A DNA stretch of 64,000 nucleotides. It comes from Flavobacteriales bacterium. GTDB lineage: Bacteria > Bacteroidota > Bacteroidia > UBA10329. Position numbers and translations under genes: made by a program. The notes beneath the pieces were generated by a model. That model was not told where the DNA came from and made no database searches. It saw only the letters and a program-made list of their open reading frames with translations. Position 1 is the first letter of the stretch; the number at the start of each line of letters is the position of its first letter. Location of the stretch: NCBI GenBank assembly GCA_044356305.1, contig JBIKWM010000011.1, forward strand, positions 20,567-84,566, written 5' to 3'. Shown piece by piece: positions 38,455 through 48,216 of this stretch.

Positions 38455-41082
38455 ATGTCCAAGTACCTGCACATACTTGCCACCCTCAGCATCATGCTGA
38501 GCCCGTTTGTTTCTTGGGCAGGCAACCTCACGGGGCGTGTGAGCGATGAGGACGGCATGGGCATCCCCTTTGTCACGGTGTACATAGAGGGTACCACCAA
38601 CGGCACCACCACCAATCTCGATGGCGACTTCGTGCTCAGTGTACCCGATGGGTATGCGGTGGTGGTTTTCCGCTACGTGGGTTATAAGACCACGGCCAAG
38701 GGCGTGGAAGTAAAAGGCGATACCCGCCTTGACTGCACCTTGCCCAAGGTAGTGTATCAATTGGGCGAGGTACAGGTGGATGGCAACGAGGACCCGGCAT
38801 ACCGCATCATGCGGCTGGCACGAAGCAGGCGCAAGTTTTACCAGGAACAGGTGGACGAGTACAGTTGCCGTGTTTACATCAAAGGGATTAACTATGTGAA
38901 GAATCTGCCGAAGAAGATACTTGGACGCAGCATCGAGATTGATGGCCTCGATGCCACCCGCAGCGGCATAGCATACCTGAGCGAGTCGGTATCCGAGTTC
39001 CATTACAAGCGGCCTGAATTCACCAAAGAGAAAGTGATAGCCAGCAAGGTGGCCGGCAATTCGCAGGGGTTCACCTGGAACAACGCCACCAGTCTGCACT
39101 TCAACATCTACGACAAGAGCTATGAACTGGAGGGCCTGAGCGGGCGCGACCTCATATCGCCACTCAACCCATCGGCCACGCTCTATTACCGTTATGTGTA
39201 CAAAGGCTTTTTCATGGAAGATTCGGTGGTGGTCAATCGCATAGGCCTTGTGCCGCGTACCACGGGCATACCGCTGTTCCATGGCGACCTGTTCATTCAG
39301 GAGAACACCTGGCGCATACATGGTGCCGACCTGTACATGACCAAGGAGAGCGGCATAGATTTCGTTGACACCATCCGCATGAAGGTCGAGTTCATTCCCA
39401 TAGCCCCCGACCTTTGGCTACAGAGCAACCTGACATTCGACCTCAAATTCAATGTCAAGATGTTGAAGATGACGGGTTGGGGGAGTTTCACGGCCGTTTT
39501 CAGCAAGTACAATGTGCGCAGCTACAGACGCGATGTGGCGCAAAGGCGCACCAATGTGACCGAGGAGGAACTCGCCAAGGCCGAGAAGGATGATGCGAAG
39601 GCCGCTCCGCCATCGCCCGAAAAGAAAAAGAAGAAGCAGGAAAGCAAGGCCGAGCTAGAGAAATTGAAAGAGGCCGCTGGCGACACCACCATGAAGTTTG
39701 ACCTGGGCCGGTTTGACAAAGGCCCGCTTGTGAAGGTGGAGAGCGAGGCCAACGACAAGGATTCGGCCTTTTGGGCCGAAGTGCGCGTCATTCCCCTCAC
39801 CGAGGTGGAGCAGCGTGGCTATGCCCTCAAAGACAGCATTGAACAGGTGAAGGAGACCCCGGCCTACATCGACTCGATGGACAGGAAAAGGAACAGGTTC
39901 AACTGGCAGAACCTTTTTCTCGGATACCGCTACCGCAGCACACCCAAGAACCTCACCGTCAGCGTGCCCGCCACCCTTACCGCTGTTGGATTCAATACCG
40001 TTGAGGGCTATGTGATAGACCTTGGGCCCACAGTATCCTGGTCGCAGAAAAAGGAACGTTGGAACCTGGTGGGCAGCGCCAACCTTCGCTACGGATTCGC
40101 ATCGGGCACGTTCTATGGCAAGGCCAGTCTGTACCATCGGTTCAATGCCAAGGATAAGATGTATGTGCGGGCCGAGGGCGGCCACTACGTTGAGCAGTTC
40201 AGCCGCGATGTGCTTCAGCCGTGGGTCAACAGCATCTACACGGTGTTCTTTGAGGAGAACCACATGCGCCTGTACCGCCACAGTTATGGCCGTGTGGGGT
40301 GGGGCCGCGAGCTGATCAACGGTCTGCGCGTAGATGCATCGCTTTACTATGGCCAGCGGGCCGAGCTGTTCAACTCAACACGACTGAGCGGACAGTTCAT
40401 TGAATGGAGATTCCGAAGTTACATGCCCAACAGGCCCGAAAATGCGGGTGCAAACCCTGACCGACTGAATGGCGGGGCCTTGCTTTTTGGGGTGAATGTG
40501 CGCTGGCGACCTGGCCTCAAGTACTTCGAGTACCCCGACCGCAAGATGAATCTCGGCACACCGTACCCCGAGTTCAGCCTCACCTATAGGCGAGGTCTTC
40601 CATGGTTCGGGGCCAACAGCAACTTTGATCAGGTGGAGCTGAGCATTGAGAACGATAACCGCCTGGGCATGCTGGGCACCATTGAGTGGAAGGTAGAAGC
40701 CGGCATATTTGCCAGTAACGGTTTTGTGCAGTTTGCCGACCGCAGGCACTTCGCCACCTCACAGGTGATCATACAGCGCACCGACATGGGTGCCTTTGTA
40801 GGCCTACCCTACTATGCCGCCAGCACCGACCGCTATTATGCGGCCGCTCATGTTGAGCACCATTTCAAAGGATTCATTCTGAATAAAGTGCCTCTGATCA
40901 AGAAATTGAAGTGGGATTTCCTTTTCCTCGGCCACTACCTCTACACCCCCGACCATGGCCACTATTGGGAAGTGGGCGTGAGCCTCGAGAACATATTCAA
41001 AGTGCTGCGCGTGGATGTGGCCTTCCCGTTCCGTGCCGAGGTGCCGCAGAACCTTGCTGTGAGGGTCAGATTAGGTTTCTGA
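38455..41082 (+). CDS. DUF5686-type outer-membrane protein with an N-terminal carboxypeptidase-regulatory-like domain
   Basis: GT.TNLDG.F..YVGY N-domain; LSESVS; beta-barrel C-terminus ending in F. Confidence 0.8.
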   Translation: MSKYLHILATLSIMLSPFVSWAGNLTGRVSDEDGMGIPFVTVYIEGTTNGTTTNLDGDFVLSVPDGYAVVVFRYVGYKTTAKGVEVKGDTRLDCTLPKVVYQLGEVQVDGNEDPAYRIMRLARSRRKFYQEQVDEYSCRVYIKGINYVKNLPKKILGRSIEIDGLDATRSGIAYLSESVSEFHYKRPEFTKEKVIASKVAGNSQGFTWNNATSLHFNIYDKSYELEGLSGRDLISPLNPSATLYYRYVYKGFFMEDSVVVNRIGLVPRTTGIPLFHGDLFIQENTWRIHGADLYMTKESGIDFVDTIRMKVEFIPIAPDLWLQSNLTFDLKFNVKMLKMTGWGSFTAVFSKYNVRSYRRDVAQRRTNVTEEELAKAEKDDAKAAPPSPEKKKKKQESKAELEKLKEAAGDTTMKFDLGRFDKGPLVKVESEANDKDSAFWAEVRVIPLTEVEQRGYALKDSIEQVKETPAYIDSMDRKRNRFNWQNLFLGYRYRSTPKNLTVSVPATLTAVGFNTVEGYVIDLGPTVSWSQKKERWNLVGSANLRYGFASGTFYGKASLYHRFNAKDKMYVRAEGGHYVEQFSRDVLQPWVNSIYTVFFEENHMRLYRHSYGRVGWGRELINGLRVDASLYYGQRAELFNSTRLSGQFIEWRFRSYMPNRPENAGANPDRLNGGALLFGVNVRWRPGLKYFEYPDRKMNLGTPYPEFSLTYRRGLPWFGANSNFDQVELSIENDNRLGMLGTIEWKVEAGIFASNGFVQFADRRHFATSQVIIQRTDMGAFVGLPYYAASTDRYYAAAHVEHHFKGFILNKVPLIKKLKWDFLFLGHYLYTPDHGHYWEVGVSLENIFKVLRVDVAFPFRAEVPQNLAVRVRLGF

Positions 41083-41601
41083 CGGAGATGCGTTGACCGC
41101 CTCCCTTCGCACTGCATATATCAGCTCATCCTCTATCCTGTCGCCTTTTATCAAAGTGCCTTTGAGGTGTGCCTCTAAGGTGAAGCCTGCTTTCTGTAGC
41201 ACCCGCTGCGATGCGATGTTTGACCCGAACGGCCGGGCGTAGATGCGTTGAATCTGAGGCAGACGCCCGAAAGCATACGGCACCATTTGCCTCACAGCAG
41301 CCGTGACGATGCCTTTGCCCCACAGCTCGCGAGCCACCCAGTAGCCCAGCTCTGCATTGAGTCTGCTTATATCTGCCTGCGGGTGTACCCCGATGGCGCC
41401 CATGGCCCTGCCATCCACATCAATGCACATGATCAACGGCCCATCAAGGGCCATGGTGCGCTGAATGAGGGCCTTGGCATGGTCGCGGGTGTACGGGTGA
41501 GGAAAACCATCGGTGAGGTTGCGTGCCACCAAAGGGTCGTTGGCGTGTCGGGCAAATGATGGCACATCGGTATTGCGCAACGGACGAAGCCTGAACTCCA
41601 T
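41071..41601 (-). CDS. GNAT acetyltransferase (RimJ/RimL family)
   Basis: AELGYW, WGKGI.T, N.ASQRVL.KAGF. Confidence 0.9.
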   Translation of the reverse strand: MEFRLRPLRNTDVPSFARHANDPLVARNLTDGFPHPYTRDHAKALIQRTMALDGPLIMCIDVDGRAMGAIGVHPQADISRLNAELGYWVARELWGKGIVTAAVRQMVPYAFGRLPQIQRIYARPFGSNIASQRVLQKAGFTLEAHLKGTLIKGDRIEDELIYAVRREAVNASPSET

Positions 41602-41639
41602 GCCCGCAATGTAGTCAGCGCTGTAAGATCAACCCTTGT

Positions 41640-42725
41640 TCACCGATTGATCCTGAATGCAACGCCCGAGGGTCTGAGCGCTTCGGTGCCATCATCCATC
41701 ACATCCCTGAGGATCATTCTCTGGGCCAATGGCTGATCAAACACCTCATCTATACCCAACACTGCACCGGCAGGCACCTTGTGCTGCGCCAGTTTTTCAA
41801 GAAGTTCCTTTCGGGTGAAAGAGGATGCATGGTGCTGCAGGATGCGGTCGAGGCCGGTGCGGTGCACCACCCGCTGCTGAACCGTGCAGAATCGCTCGTC
41901 ATCTACCAGTTCGGCACAGCCCAATACCTGGCACAGCCCAGCAAACTGGGCCTGGGTGCCCACAGCCAATACAGTAAGCAGGCCATCGTTGGTGGTTATC
42001 AGTTCGCCATAAGGTGCAATGTTTGGGTGGCGGCTGCCGTTTCGGTTGGCCTTATGCCTCACGTTGAGCCAGTTGGTGGCCTGATTGGTTAGTGCGGTGA
42101 TGCCCGAATCGAACAGCGAGGCCGATACGTAGGCGCCCTTACCGGTCCTTTCGCGCTGCCATAAGGCGGTCACAATTCCCTGTTTCAGGTGATGTGCGGC
42201 CAGTATGTCGATCATGGCCATGGGGAAATTGACCGGTCCTGTGCCGCTCTGGCTGTTCAGTTGCATGTAGCCACATTCGCCCTGCAGCACCACATCAAAA
42301 GCTGCGCGGGGGTCGTCATCGCCATAGCCGGTTATGTGGCCGTATACCAGACGCGGATTCAAGGCGCTCAGCGTCTGGTAGTCAACGCCCAGCTTGGCAT
42401 CATCGCCCGGTTTGTAGTTGCTTATCAGCACATCGGCCTGGGCCACAAGTTGCAGCACCTCTGCCCTATCCTGTTCAAGGCGCAGGTCGAGCATCAGGTG
42501 CCGCTTGCCCCAATTGACCGAACAGAAATAGGCCGACCATGTACGGTCCTTCGGCTCATCGGGCAGTTTCCAGCCACGGGTGTTGTCGCCACCCGTGCGC
42601 GGATTCTCAATCTTGATCACCTCCGCCCCCAGCTCGGCAAAGAACATCCCCACCGATGGCCCTGCCAGCACCGAGGCCAGCTCAATGACCTTGAGTCCGC
42701 TAAATGGATGTGGGTCCTGTTGCAC
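41640..42725 (-). CDS. CaiB/BaiF family III CoA-transferase
   Basis: LAGP, LGAEVIKIE, ADVLISNYKPG, NPRLVY; GTG start. Confidence 0.92.
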   Translation of the reverse strand: MQQDPHPFSGLKVIELASVLAGPSVGMFFAELGAEVIKIENPRTGGDNTRGWKLPDEPKDRTWSAYFCSVNWGKRHLMLDLRLEQDRAEVLQLVAQADVLISNYKPGDDAKLGVDYQTLSALNPRLVYGHITGYGDDDPRAAFDVVLQGECGYMQLNSQSGTGPVNFPMAMIDILAAHHLKQGIVTALWQRERTGKGAYVSASLFDSGITALTNQATNWLNVRHKANRNGSRHPNIAPYGELITTNDGLLTVLAVGTQAQFAGLCQVLGCAELVDDERFCTVQQRVVHRTGLDRILQHHASSFTRKELLEKLAQHKVPAGAVLGIDEVFDQPLAQRMILRDVMDDGTEALRPSGVAFRINR

Positions 42726-42737
42726 CCTTTTCTCAGA

Positions 42738-43715
42738 TCAATGGAAAATATAGAAACGCACATAGCTGGTGCCGATGTGCTTATCCTGATCATCAAAAAT
42801 GCTCACCTTGTAGTCGCCTGGGCGGCTGTACACAAAGTTGACGTGCACACTGGTCTGTGCAGGGCTGATGCTCAACGGCTTTTCTGTGATCACCTCGGCA
42901 TAGTCCTTCGCATCGCGGCCCTTGCGCCATATGCGCACGGTCACCTTATCAATACCGAACTCCTCGGTGTTGGTGAACATGGTGGTGATGTCCACCCCGC
43001 CCTCGGCCAGTTTGAACTTCTCATTCTGCCCCGTGAGCATGCCCGCCTTCACAGAGCGGCCGTGGGCTATGTACATGAACCTGAACTTCTCGGGAATCGG
43101 CTCCTTTATTGGCTCAACGAAAATGGGCTGGAGCATATCGACATCCAGATCCTTCTGTGCCACGCTGGCCGAAGTGGATGCCACGGCCGTCATCTCCATC
43201 TTCTGGATGGGCTTGGGTTCCTCTGCCTTCGGTTCAGGTTTCGGGGGCTCCTGCGGTTTCGGTTTATCCTTTGGTTTCTCTTGGGCCACGGGCTTCGGGG
43301 CGGGTGGCGGTGGTGGCGGGTTGCGCACGCCTTTCACAACAAACTCGGTCTGGGCAAAAACCTTTGTCTCGTCAATGAACACGGATACGCGGTAGGTACC
43401 GGGCTTGTCGATGTCGTGCCTGCGGGCAACCCAGCTCCTACCCTGCCCCACCTGTGTGCGGATGCGCTGTATGGGCACCTTGGTGTCGGTGAGGCATTCA
43501 ACCTTGAATATGACTGAAGTATGGTTGATGATGGTCTTGTCCTGTTGATACAGGAAGGAGATGACCAGCGGCTTATCGGGTGGGAGTTCCCATTCATACC
43601 CCTCTTTGTAAGGTGAGCCCAGATTATTGAAATCCTTGCTCACTATGATCTTCTGGGCCATGGCCGATGCAATTGACATCAGCACGAGCAGCAGCAGAAG
43701 GGGTCCTTTTTTCAC
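42738..43715 (-). CDS. Exported hypothetical protein with two Ig-like domains and a Pro/Lys/Glu linker
   Basis: Signal peptide; PGTYRVSVF and PGDYKVSIF repeats; PPPPP/EPK linker. Confidence 0.7.
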   Translation of the reverse strand: MKKGPLLLLLVLMSIASAMAQKIIVSKDFNNLGSPYKEGYEWELPPDKPLVISFLYQQDKTIINHTSVIFKVECLTDTKVPIQRIRTQVGQGRSWVARRHDIDKPGTYRVSVFIDETKVFAQTEFVVKGVRNPPPPPPAPKPVAQEKPKDKPKPQEPPKPEPKAEEPKPIQKMEMTAVASTSASVAQKDLDVDMLQPIFVEPIKEPIPEKFRFMYIAHGRSVKAGMLTGQNEKFKLAEGGVDITTMFTNTEEFGIDKVTVRIWRKGRDAKDYAEVITEKPLSISPAQTSVHVNFVYSRPGDYKVSIFDDQDKHIGTSYVRFYIFH

Positions 43716-43786
43716 GCGCGCAAATATAGACGGGGCCTCAGGGCACAGAACGTGCCGATCTGTGCCTTTGGACCCATGACACGGTA

Positions 43787-43800
43787 CTGACTAAAATCAC
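43787..43800. promoter_or_regulatory. Possible FNR/CRP-family box upstream of the cco operon
   Basis: CTGAC-TAAA-ATCAC resembles TTGAT-N4-ATCAA and lies before microaerobic oxidase genes. Confidence 0.4.
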
Positions 43801-43874
43801 CGTACGGTCTGACCGCGCTCAAATTCTAAGGAAACTGCCGCAATGTCCTTTGGCCCCGAACCACAGGGTTAACC

Positions 43875-44066
43875 ATGAGCGCACTTTTCTTATTGATAGC
43901 TGCCAGCCTCTCATTGGCCCTTGGTTTTCTGGTCGCATTTATCTGGGCAGTGCGCAGCGACCAGTACGATGACCCCGAATCGCCTGCCATGCGGATGCTT
44001 TTCAACGGCCCTGCCAGAGACGTGCGGGCCACCGACCAAGACACCGACAAGAGTAACCTGAACTGA
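43875..44066 (+). CDS. ccoS: cbb3 oxidase assembly protein CcoS
   Basis: TM segment plus FIWAVRS.QYDD...PA.RML; precedes ccoN. Confidence 0.9.
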   Translation: MSALFLLIAASLSLALGFLVAFIWAVRSDQYDDPESPAMRMLFNGPARDVRATDQDTDKSNLN

Positions 44067-44095
44067 ACCATTCTAAAATCACCAATAAATCACCC

Positions 44096-46204
44096 ATGGA
44101 AAAGGAGACATTCCGATACGACAACGACATCGTTAGGAAGTTCGCCATTGCCAGCATGCTATTCGGACTGATAGGCATGTTGGTAGGGCTTGTGGCCGCA
44201 CTTCAGCTGGCCGACCCGATGTTCAACTTCCTCACATCGTGGCTCACCTTCGGGCGCATCAGGCCACTGCATACCAATGCGGTGATCTTCGCTTTTGTGG
44301 GCAACGGCCTTTTCATGGGCGTCTATTACTCGTTGCAGCGCCTGCTCAAGACCCGGATGTGGAGCGATACGCTGAGCAACATCAACTTCTGGGGCTGGCA
44401 GGCCATCATACTCAGTGCGGTGCTCACGCTGCCCTTCGGCATCACCACCGGGAAGGAATATGCCGAGCTGGAATGGTGGATCGATATCTGCATCGCGCTC
44501 ATCTGGGTGGTGTTCGGCCTGAACATGATCATGACCATCATCAAACGGAGAGAAAGGCACCTGTATGTGGCCATCTGGTTCTACATCGCCACGTTTGTCA
44601 CCGTGGCCATGTTGCACATTGTCAACAGCTTCGAACTTCCTGTATCCTTCTTCAAGAGCTATTCGCTGTATGCCGGTGTGCAGGATGCGCTTGTGCAATG
44701 GTGGTATGGCCACAACGCGGTGGCCTTCTTCCTCACCACCCCATACCTGGGCCTGATGTACTACTTCATCCCCAAGGCGGCCAACCGCCCTGTGTACTCC
44801 TACCGCCTCTCCATTGTCCACTTCTGGGCGCTCATCTTCCTCTACATATGGGCCGGCCCGCACCACCTGCTCTACACGGCCCTGCCCGATTGGGCCCAGA
44901 GCCTTGGTGTGGTGTTCTCCTTTATGCTGATAGCCCCGAGCTGGGGAGGTATGCTCAACGGCCTGCTGACCCTGCGCGGTGCATGGGACCGTGTGCGCGA
45001 TGATGTGACCCTCAAGTTCATGGTGGTGGCAGTGACCGCCTACGGTATGAGCACTTTCGAAGGGCCGATGCTCTCGCTCAAGAACGTGAACGCTATAAGC
45101 CACTTCACCGACTGGACCGTGGCACACGTGCACATAGGTGGTCTGGGCTGGAACGGGTTCCTCACCTTCGGCATACTCTACTGGCTGGTGCCGCGCATGT
45201 GGCAGACCAAGCTCTACAGCGAGAAAGCCGCCAACTTCCACTTCTGGATCGGTACTCTGGGCATCCTTTTCTACGCACTCCCGATGTACTGGGCCGGTTT
45301 CACGCAGAGCCTGATGTGGAAACAGTTCACAGCGGAGGGATATCTGGCCTACCCCAACTTCCTTGAGACCGTGACCCAGATCAAGCCGCTGTATGCGCTG
45401 CGTGCCTTTGGCGGTGCACTATACATCACTGGCACCGTGGTGGCCCTGTGGAACCTCTTCAAGACCATGGCCGTGGGCAAGCTCCTAAAAGACGAGCCCG
45501 ATAGCGCACCCGCCCTTGTGCCCATCGCAGCCATAAAAGGCGAGAGCCTGCACCGCTGGATAGAGCGCAAACCCATACAGCTCATGCTGCTCAGCCTAGT
45601 GGCCGTGGCGATAGGTGGGGTGATAGAACTGGTGCCCACCTTCATGATAAAGAGCAACATACCCACCATTGCCAGCGTGAAGCCCTACACCCCGCTCGAG
45701 CTGGAGGGCCGCGACCTGTACATACGAGAGGGCTGCTACAACTGCCACTCGCAGATGGTGCGTCCGTTCCGCTCTGAGACCGAACGCTATGGCGAATACT
45801 CAAAGGCCGGTGAATTTGTGTACGACCACCCCTTCCAATGGGGCAGCAAGCGCACCGGTCCGGATCTGCACCGCGTGGGCGGCAAATACCCCGACAGCTG
45901 GCACTGGCACCACATGATGGACCCCTCCATCATCAGCCCGGGCACCATCATGCCCAGCTACCCGTGGCTGTACGAGAACACCCTGAGCACCGAGCTCACG
46001 GCCAAGAAGATCGCAGCCATGCAGACCCTAGGTGTGCCCTATGCCGAAGGATATGACCAGCAGGCCGTGGCCGACCTCAACATGCAGGCCGGGCAGATAG
46101 TGGCCAGCCTGAAGAAGGACGGCATTGAGGCATCGCCCGATCAGGAGATCATAGCCCTGATAGCATACCTGCAACGCCTGGGCACCGACATCAAGAAGAA
46201 GTGA
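44096..46204 (+). CDS. ccoN: cbb3-type cytochrome c oxidase, fused subunits I/II (CcoNO)
   Basis: GRIRPLHTNA, WWYGHNAV, WAGPHH, AHVH, then CYNCHSQM and WGSKRTGPDL. Confidence 0.97.
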   Translation: MEKETFRYDNDIVRKFAIASMLFGLIGMLVGLVAALQLADPMFNFLTSWLTFGRIRPLHTNAVIFAFVGNGLFMGVYYSLQRLLKTRMWSDTLSNINFWGWQAIILSAVLTLPFGITTGKEYAELEWWIDICIALIWVVFGLNMIMTIIKRRERHLYVAIWFYIATFVTVAMLHIVNSFELPVSFFKSYSLYAGVQDALVQWWYGHNAVAFFLTTPYLGLMYYFIPKAANRPVYSYRLSIVHFWALIFLYIWAGPHHLLYTALPDWAQSLGVVFSFMLIAPSWGGMLNGLLTLRGAWDRVRDDVTLKFMVVAVTAYGMSTFEGPMLSLKNVNAISHFTDWTVAHVHIGGLGWNGFLTFGILYWLVPRMWQTKLYSEKAANFHFWIGTLGILFYALPMYWAGFTQSLMWKQFTAEGYLAYPNFLETVTQIKPLYALRAFGGALYITGTVVALWNLFKTMAVGKLLKDEPDSAPALVPIAAIKGESLHRWIERKPIQLMLLSLVAVAIGGVIELVPTFMIKSNIPTIASVKPYTPLELEGRDLYIREGCYNCHSQMVRPFRSETERYGEYSKAGEFVYDHPFQWGSKRTGPDLHRVGGKYPDSWHWHHMMDPSIISPGTIMPSYPWLYENTLSTELTAKKIAAMQTLGVPYAEGYDQQAVADLNMQAGQIVASLKKDGIEASPDQEIIALIAYLQRLGTDIKKK

Positions 46205-46288
46205 GGCAGGAAAGCCGCAAGCGTTTTGCCTCAAGCTATCAGCCCCTTACAACTAAGACCTAGCACCTAACACCTGATTCCTCCCGCC

Positions 46289-46474
46289 ATGCTCAAGTTC
46301 ATTAAGCACCACCTCGACACGATCGCTGGCATTGACATCTACCCTGTCATCTCGTTCGTGATCTTCTTCACCTTCTTCGTCCTCCTGGCCATCTATGTGG
46401 TGTGGGAGCGCAAGGAGTATTTCGATCAGATGGGTCACCTTCCCCTCGAAGGAAACAGCACCGAACCACAGTAA
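46289..46474 (+). CDS. ccoQ: cbb3 oxidase CcoQ/FixQ
   Basis: Single TM segment, LPLE tail, position between ccoNO and ccoP. Confidence 0.85.
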   Translation: MLKFIKHHLDTIAGIDIYPVISFVIFFTFFVLLAIYVVWERKEYFDQMGHLPLEGNSTEPQ

Positions 46475-46504
46475 AACCGCCCATTACCCATTCAAACTGA
46501 AGCC

Positions 46505-47734
46505 ATGAAAAAGAGAATAGCACTGGCCCTGCTGCTTGCAGCCACCGCATGGCCCGCCCTGAGCATGGCCGCGCCAGAGGTACAGGTTCCGTGGAGGAAC
46601 GTGGTGAATCCGGGCGACACGGCCATTTTCTACGTACTGCTCTGCACAGCTGTGATGCTCGTACTGCTCATCTGGGTGGTGGGCGCCCTTACCAGCACCC
46701 TTACCGAGAACAAGGGCGTGTGGCGTGCCAAGTGGGACGGCAAGGCCCCTCTGGTGCTGGCACTTGTGGCGGCATCGCTGCTCCCGTTCGACCTCATGGC
46801 TCAGGGCGCGGCAACGGCCGCTGCCGCCACCGCCCCCGTGGCCGCAGAGGCATCGGGCATGGTGATGACCGACAGCCTGTTCTGGGTCATGGTGGTGCTC
46901 AACGCCTTCCTGGCCCTGGTGCTGATGGCCATGCTCTACAACATGAGCAACCTGATCAGCACCCTCAAGGCCAAGCAGGGCGAGGAGGCCCCGACATGGC
47001 TATCGCGCTTCGAGCACAGCCTCACCGATGCCGTGCCCGTGGAACTGGAGGCCGAGATAATGACCGACCACGAGTACGATGGCATACGCGAGCTCGACAA
47101 CAAGCTCCCACCCTGGTGGCTCTACATGTTCTATTTCACCATCGGTTTCGGGATTGTGTACCTCTACCATTTCCATGTGAGCGAGATACCCGGACTGGGC
47201 AAGCTGATGCTGCTGGGGCAGGTGGAGAGCGGCACCCAGCTGCAACAGTACGAGATGGCCATGAAAGAGGCGGCCGAGGCCAAGGCCGCCTATCTGGCCA
47301 GTGCGGCCAACCTGATAGACGAGAACAGCGTGACCGCCAGCACCGACCCTGCCGTGCTCGATCAGGGCCGCGAAGTGTTCAAGAACTTCTGCGTGGCCTG
47401 CCACGGAGCCGCAGGCGAGGGCGGTGTGGGCCCCAACCTGACCGACCAGTACTGGATGCACGGTGGCGGGGTGAAGAACATCTTCAAGACCATCAAGTAC
47501 GGTGTTCCGGCCAAAGGCATGATAGCATGGGAGGCACAGCTCAACCCCGCACAGATGCAGCAGGTCTCCTCGTTCATCCTCACCTTGGCAGGCACAGAGC
47601 CAGCCAATGGCAAGGCTCCGCAGGGCGACATATGGGTTGATGGCGCCACTGCCACCGACACCACCGCTGCACCCACCGACACCACCGCTGCGGCCGCAGC
47701 CACCGACAGCACCGGCACCGCCTCGGCACGCTGA
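46505..47734 (+). CDS. ccoP: cbb3 oxidase subunit III
   Basis: DHEYDGIRELDN.LPPWW, CVACHG, GPNLTD.YW. Confidence 0.92.
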   Translation: MKKRIALALLLAATAWPALSMAAPEVQVPWRNVVNPGDTAIFYVLLCTAVMLVLLIWVVGALTSTLTENKGVWRAKWDGKAPLVLALVAASLLPFDLMAQGAATAAAATAPVAAEASGMVMTDSLFWVMVVLNAFLALVLMAMLYNMSNLISTLKAKQGEEAPTWLSRFEHSLTDAVPVELEAEIMTDHEYDGIRELDNKLPPWWLYMFYFTIGFGIVYLYHFHVSEIPGLGKLMLLGQVESGTQLQQYEMAMKEAAEAKAAYLASAANLIDENSVTASTDPAVLDQGREVFKNFCVACHGAAGEGGVGPNLTDQYWMHGGGVKNIFKTIKYGVPAKGMIAWEAQLNPAQMQQVSSFILTLAGTEPANGKAPQGDIWVDGATATDTTAAPTDTTAAAAATDSTGTASAR

Positions 47735-47758
47735 TCCTTACACTCAGAGACTCAGATG

Positions 47759-47792
47759 GGAATCGGCCCACGCGGCCGGTTCCTTTTTTTTT
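47759..47792 (+). terminator. Intrinsic terminator after ccoP
   Basis: GGAATCGGCC/GGCCGGTTCC stem followed by T9. Confidence 0.8.
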
Positions 47793-47896
47793 ATCCGAAA
47801 ATTGGGATGAAGGTGTCCGCGCCTGCGCCACGTTCATGGCCTGCCCCAATCGCCCCGAAGGGCGGGCAAGATGGCGGTGAGGGTGTGTCAGTAGCG

Positions 47897-48052
47897 ATCC
47901 CAGCCCACGCTGTATTGATCCATTCACGGGGAGGAATGATCCAAGCACAGGCAGGAATGATTCAAGCACGGGGAGGAATGGTTCCTGCAACGGGAGTAAC
48001 GATTCATGCGCAGGCAGGAATGATCCGTGCACGGGGAGGAATGGTTCCTCCC
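47897..48052. repeat. Tandem 21-bp repeat array (about 7 units)
   Basis: ATCCAnGCACnGGnAGGAATG-like units at 47897, 47918, 47939, 47960, 47981, 48002 and 48023. Confidence 0.85.
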
Positions 48053-48216
48053 GCCCCCAAGTCTTCCTTAGGATCACTTAGGCGGCCCTGCAGCGGAGCG
48101 GTCTGTAACCGCGGGAGTGTCCAACCTTCCGGGTTTAAGGTTTCGGGTGTAAGGTTGGGGCCAGAAGCTTGAAGCTCGCGGCTTGAAGCAAACAGCGGAC
48201 CGCCCCTTCCCCTCCC

